DNA of 64,000 nt, taken from the NCBI GenBank assembly GCA_022844565.1, contig JALHLK010000007.1:12050-76049 (forward strand). Direction: 5' to 3'. The notes under the pieces were generated by a model. That model was not told the DNA's origin. It did not search any database and saw only the letters and a list, made by a program, of their open reading frames with translations. Positions 60,072 to 64,000 of the stretch are shown here, piece by piece. Made by a program: the position numbers and the translations under genes. The DNA is from Saprospiraceae bacterium. Lineage in GTDB: Bacteria > Bacteroidota > Bacteroidia > Chitinophagales > Saprospiraceae. Each line of letters begins with the position of its first letter. Position 1 is the first letter of the stretch.

Positions 60072-60091
60072 TTTATGATTAAAGTCATAAA
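60072..60091. promoter_or_regulatory. perfect 7-6-7 palindrome TTTATGA-N6-TCATAAA; candidate Crp/Fnr-family operator of the nos cluster
   Basis: Contains the TGA-N6-TCA core of Crp/Fnr boxes. It is centred about 75 nt upstream of the cytochrome c start codon. Confidence 0.4.
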
Positions 60092-60155
60092 TTTTGGATA
60101 GCTAGTGAATGTAGTTTTGATGAATTATTAAGTAACACATCAAAATTATATAACA

Positions 60156-60632
60156 ATGAAATTTTTTCTAAAGAGTATAACACTCCTATTTTTTTTGACT
60201 TGCATTATTACCTCGTGTAGTGATAAAAAGAGTAGCGCAACTCCTACAATGGGAGAAAATGCTGTTCCAGCTACGGATGATTATGACCCTAATCGTGGTG
60301 AAGGTAAATTTAATGAGTCAAATCTTAGTTTAGATGGATTTGATATGGCGATGGCAGAAAAGGGAGAAAGCATTTCAAATACCAAATGTGCTTCTTGTCA
60401 CAAGATAACTGATGAAAGATTAGTAGGACCTGGTTGGGCAGGTGTCACTCAACGACGACAAGCTCCGTGGGTGTTAAACTTTATCACAAATCCTGATCCG
60501 ATGATCGACAAAGACCCTGAATTACAATCACAACTCGAACTATGCTTGGTAAGGATGCCCAATCAAAATTTATCAGAAGATGATGCAAGGTCTATCTATG
60601 AATATATGCGTAAGATAGACGGAGCTAAATAA
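60156..60632 (+). CDS. lipoprotein c-type cytochrome of the nos cluster
   Basis: Lipobox ITSC. Single heme motif CASCH with a distal Met region (LVRMPNQ). Confidence 0.85.
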   Translation: MKFFLKSITLLFFLTCIITSCSDKKSSATPTMGENAVPATDDYDPNRGEGKFNESNLSLDGFDMAMAEKGESISNTKCASCHKITDERLVGPGWAGVTQRRQAPWVLNFITNPDPMIDKDPELQSQLELCLVRMPNQNLSEDDARSIYEYMRKIDGAK

Positions 60633-60655
60633 GAAATGAATAAAATATATTAAAT

Positions 60656-62620
60656 ATGAGAAATCAAGTATTATTTTTAACAGCACTAATTTTTATAATT
60701 TCATCGGGATGTAAGCCAAGAAATGCTGCTACGGCTGTAAGTGGTGATATGGCTGCAAAGGCTTATGTAGCACCTGGCCAACATGATGAGTTTTATAATT
60801 TTGTTTCTGGCGGCTTTAGTGGTCAAATGAGTGTCTATGGTCTCCCGAGTGGAAGACTTTTTAGAGTTATTCCCATTTTTTCTGTTGATCCTGAGAAGGG
60901 TTATGGATACAGTGAAGAAACAAAACCGATGTTGAATACAAGTCACGGTTTTGTGCCATGGGATGATTTACATCACGTAGAGTCATCTCAAACCAATGGT
61001 GTAATAGATGGTAAATGGGTATTTGGAAATGCTAACAATACTCCCAGAATAGCTAGGGTAGATTTAAAAACATTTAGAACTGCCGAAATCATCGAGTTAC
61101 CAAATAGCGGTGGAAATCACAGTTCCCCATTTGGAACAGAAAACACAGAATACATCGTAGCAGGAACACGTTTTAGTGTACCTTCGGATTATGCTGAAAC
61201 AGATATTCCAATATCTTCTTACAAAGAAAATTTCAAAGGTCACATTAGTTTTGTGAGTGTTGACAAAACTTCAGGTGAAATGGATATTTCTTTCCAAATA
61301 AGAACTCCTGGTGTAAATTTTGACTTGGCAAGGAGCGGACGAGCCAAATCTCACGGATGGTTTTTCTTTAGTTGTTATAACTCAGAGCAAGCCAATACAC
61401 TTTTAGAGGTAAATGCTTCTCAAAAGGATAAAGACTTTATCATGGCCGTAAACTGGAAAAAAGCAGAAGAGTACTTGAAGGCAGGAAAAGGTCAAAAGCA
61501 AAAAGTTAAATATGCTCACAATAGATTCAATGAAGAAACCCATACAGCTGAGTCTACGATTAAAACTGAAGTAACAGTATTAGATGCGAATGAACTGAAA
61601 GATATCTGTTATTTTATACCTTGCCCTAAGTCTCCACATGGATGCGATGTAGATCCGACAGGTGAGTATATTGTAGGTTCGGGTAAACTTGCAGCTGTGA
61701 TTCCTGTTTTTAGCTTTGATAAAATGATAAAAGCTATTGCAGATAAATCATATGAGGGAGATTACCAAGGCATACCCGTTATTAAATATGAATCTGCTTT
61801 GTATGGTGAGGTAAAAAAACCAGGTTTGGGTCCATTACATACAGAATTTGATGGTAAAGGCAATGCATATACTTCATTTTTCGTGTCATCAGAAGTGGTA
61901 AAATGGAATATTAAAGACTTAAAAGTATTGGATAGAGTGCCAACGTATTATTCTGTAGGACACTTATGCATACCAGGTGGAAATACGCGCAACCCATATC
62001 CTAAATATCTAATAGCGTACAATAAAATAACAAAGGATAGGTATTTGCCTACTGGTCCAGAATTGACTCAAAGCGCTCAAATATATGACATTTCAGGAGA
62101 AAAAATGCAGATGATTTTAGATTTTCCTACCATTGGTGAGCCCCACTATGCACAAGCTGCTCCTGCCGAATTAATTAAGAACAATGGACAGGTCAAAATA
62201 TATAAAATTGAAGATAATAAGCATCCTTATGCAACCAAAAGCGAGTCCGAGGCTAGAGTAGTGAGACAAGGTAATAAAGTCCATGTCTACATGACATCCA
62301 TAAGGTCACATTTTGCTCCAGATAACATTGAAGGAATACAAATGGGGGATGAGGTTTACTTCCATGTTACCAATTTAGAGCAAGATTGGGATGTGCCACA
62401 CGGCTTCGCTGTAAAAGGTGCCGCAAATGCTGAACTTTTAATCATGCCAGGTGAGACCACAACATTAAAATGGGAACCAGATAGAACTGGTATTTTTCCG
62501 ATGTATTGTACAGATTTTTGTAGTGCTTTACACCAAGAAATGCAAGGTTATCTGAGAGTTTCTCCAAAAGGAAGTAAAGTTCCTATTCGGTTTAGTCTTG
62601 GTAAAAATGTTGAAAACTAG
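60656..62620 (+). CDS. nosZ: nitrous-oxide reductase, clade II (Sec/lipoprotein-type signal)
   Basis: 654 aa. N-terminus MRNQVLFLTALIFIISSGC has no twin-arginine motif. There is a propeller region and a CuA site CTDFCSALHQEM. Confidence 0.95.
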   Translation: MRNQVLFLTALIFIISSGCKPRNAATAVSGDMAAKAYVAPGQHDEFYNFVSGGFSGQMSVYGLPSGRLFRVIPIFSVDPEKGYGYSEETKPMLNTSHGFVPWDDLHHVESSQTNGVIDGKWVFGNANNTPRIARVDLKTFRTAEIIELPNSGGNHSSPFGTENTEYIVAGTRFSVPSDYAETDIPISSYKENFKGHISFVSVDKTSGEMDISFQIRTPGVNFDLARSGRAKSHGWFFFSCYNSEQANTLLEVNASQKDKDFIMAVNWKKAEEYLKAGKGQKQKVKYAHNRFNEETHTAESTIKTEVTVLDANELKDICYFIPCPKSPHGCDVDPTGEYIVGSGKLAAVIPVFSFDKMIKAIADKSYEGDYQGIPVIKYESALYGEVKKPGLGPLHTEFDGKGNAYTSFFVSSEVVKWNIKDLKVLDRVPTYYSVGHLCIPGGNTRNPYPKYLIAYNKITKDRYLPTGPELTQSAQIYDISGEKMQMILDFPTIGEPHYAQAAPAELIKNNGQVKIYKIEDNKHPYATKSESEARVVRQGNKVHVYMTSIRSHFAPDNIEGIQMGDEVYFHVTNLEQDWDVPHGFAVKGAANAELLIMPGETTTLKWEPDRTGIFPMYCTDFCSALHQEMQGYLRVSPKGSKVPIRFSLGKNVEN

Positions 62621-62684
62621 CGCTATAAATCATCAGAGGTTAATAAGACATAATTTCTAAAGTTTTCATGAACATAACTTTCTG

Positions 62685-62717
62685 AAGGGGGATTGATCTT
62701 AAAAAAACAATCCCCTT
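62685..62717 (+). terminator. hairpin between nosZ and the next gene (possible partial terminator)
   Basis: AAGGGGGATTG ... CAATCCCCTT followed by ATGTTTT. The U-tract is weak. Confidence 0.35.
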
Positions 62718-62758
62718 ATGTTTTAAAATAACTAATATTTTTAAAAAATTTATGACTT

Positions 62759-63787
62759 ATGGATCAAAAATTATCTAACTTACACAGATCGCTCATAGTT
62801 GTTTCAGGTTTAGTTTTATTAATATCCATTTTTGTTCCCATTTGGAGAATTGAATTAGACGCTCCGCAATACCCTGAAGGGTTAAAACTTCAGATCTTTG
62901 CAAATAAAATAGGTGGAGATGTAGATATAATTAATGGGTTAAACCATTACATAGGTATGGATACCCTTCACACAGAAAATTTTATAGAATTTACCCTTTT
63001 ACCTTATATTATTTCAGCTTTTGCGGTGATTTTTATTTTTGTTGGGTTTTTAGGCAGACCAAAATATCTGGTATTTATCATTCTTCTTTTTATCCTTTTT
63101 GGGGTCGTATCGATGATTGATTTTTATAGATGGAACTATAACTATGGGCACAATTTGGATCCCAATGCAGCGATCATAGTACCTGGTATGGCCTATCAAC
63201 CGCCACTTATTGGGTATAAAAAATTATTAAATTTTGGAGCATATTCTGTACCGGACATAGGTGGGTGGCTTATAATACTTTCTGGATTAATGCTGGTATC
63301 AGTGTATGGATCATATAAAAACTGGGCTTCAAAAATATTTAGAAAAAGGGAGCCCAAAATAAAATTAATTGGCCTCTTGTGTTTTGCTGTTTTGCAAAGT
63401 TGTGGAGTGCCAGAAAGTCCAGAGCCTATTTTACTGCATGCTGATATGTGTCATTTTTGTAAAATGAAAATTTCTGATGCAAAGTTTGGAGCAGAAATTA
63501 TAACGGCAAAAGGGCGCATTCAAAAATATGATGATATAGCGTGTGTTTTAGAAGAGATAAAAGAACAACCTGATATTGAAATAGCTTCGTTTTGGGTATC
63601 TGATTATTTAGGTGAAAACGAGTTAGTAAAAGTAACCGATGCATTTTTCTTAATCGCTGAAGATTTTCGCAGCCCGATGAGGGGTGATATCGCTGCTTTT
63701 AAAAGTGAAGTAGAAGTAAATAATTATGCTAAAAAATTTAATACAAAAGTATTGTCTTGGGAAGAGCTTTTAATGATGGAACGATGA
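62759..63787 (+). CDS. nosL: fusion of a NosB-like polytopic membrane domain and a NosL copper-chaperone domain
   Basis: Residues 1-190: four TM helices with APQYPEGL...LNHYIGM. Residues 200-215: lipoprotein-signal-like KIKLIGLLCFAVLQSC. C-terminus: NosL pattern CHFCKMKISDAKFGAEI...KYDDIACVL. Confidence 0.75.
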   Translation: MDQKLSNLHRSLIVVSGLVLLISIFVPIWRIELDAPQYPEGLKLQIFANKIGGDVDIINGLNHYIGMDTLHTENFIEFTLLPYIISAFAVIFIFVGFLGRPKYLVFIILLFILFGVVSMIDFYRWNYNYGHNLDPNAAIIVPGMAYQPPLIGYKKLLNFGAYSVPDIGGWLIILSGLMLVSVYGSYKNWASKIFRKREPKIKLIGLLCFAVLQSCGVPESPEPILLHADMCHFCKMKISDAKFGAEIITAKGRIQKYDDIACVLEEIKEQPDIEIASFWVSDYLGENELVKVTDAFFLIAEDFRSPMRGDIAAFKSEVEVNNYAKKFNTKVLSWEELLMMER

Positions 63788-64000
63788 GATTTGAAATTGC
63801 TTTTGTAATTTTAATCTTAGTGCCTTTTAAGATTTGGGCTGCAAAATACTATACTGTTGCAAACTCTTCGTCAAGTGATATAATCAATACTTTAAAAAAA
63901 GTAAAGGATTACGATACCATCTATATTAAAAAGGGCCATTATAAAGAAGGAAATATTAAAATTTCCAGACCCCTTACTATTATCGGTTTGAATTATCCAA
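63784..64000 (+). CDS. nosD: NosD (periplasmic beta-helix accessory protein), 5' part; continues beyond the window
   Basis: The ATG at 63784 overlaps the previous stop (ATGA). Translation MRFEIAFVILILVPFKIWAAKYYTVANSSSSDIINTLKKVKDYDTIYIKKGHYKEGNIKISRPLTIIGLNYP matches the usual NosD N-terminus. The frame is open to the window end. Confidence 0.7.
   Translation, partial: MRFEIAFVILILVPFKIWAAKYYTVANSSSSDIINTLKKVKDYDTIYIKKGHYKEGNIKISRPLTIIGLNYP

Overview
Low-GC (about 33-36%) chromosomal segment from a Bacteroidota-type genome. Support for that: T9SS C-terminal sorting domains, many lipoprotein signal peptides, TAnnTTTG-type promoter boxes, no Shine-Dalgarno leaders, and Bacteroidota-specific families. 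Most of the window is housekeeping: ECF sigma, LD-carboxypeptidase, MscS, ybeY, tRNA-Ser/tRNA-Pro, an aminopeptidase P-like gene, folB, an ABC-F ATPase, two hsp20 genes, lpdA, a PSP1/RicT-like gene, holB, rluF, ftsH, rsfS, birA and nadA. Accessory content includes a 2388-aa T9SS adhesin-like protein and a membrane-anchored winged-helix regulator next to four exported beta-propeller proteins. The 3' end carries the start of a clade II (Sec-type) nitrous-oxide reductase cluster: cytochrome c, nosZ, a fused nosB-like/nosL gene and nosD. No integrase, transposase, cas gene or recognisable defence system is visible. The non-obvious signals are mostly non-coding or structural: (1) a ~650-bp tandem array of hairpin-forming repeats, each carrying the anti-SD complement AAGGAGGT; (2) two ~165-bp MITE-like insertions with target-site duplications, one splitting an FKBP gene and one in a 5' UTR; (3) a duplicated promoter/leader module with phased TTTAC(N) direct repeats next to the winged-helix regulator; (4) an orphan copy of the nadA 3' end that differs from the intact gene almost only at synonymous sites; (5) a sharp compositional junction inside the giant adhesin gene; (6) several further tandem and dispersed repeat families. 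All family assignments come from motif recognition by eye. No database search was run.
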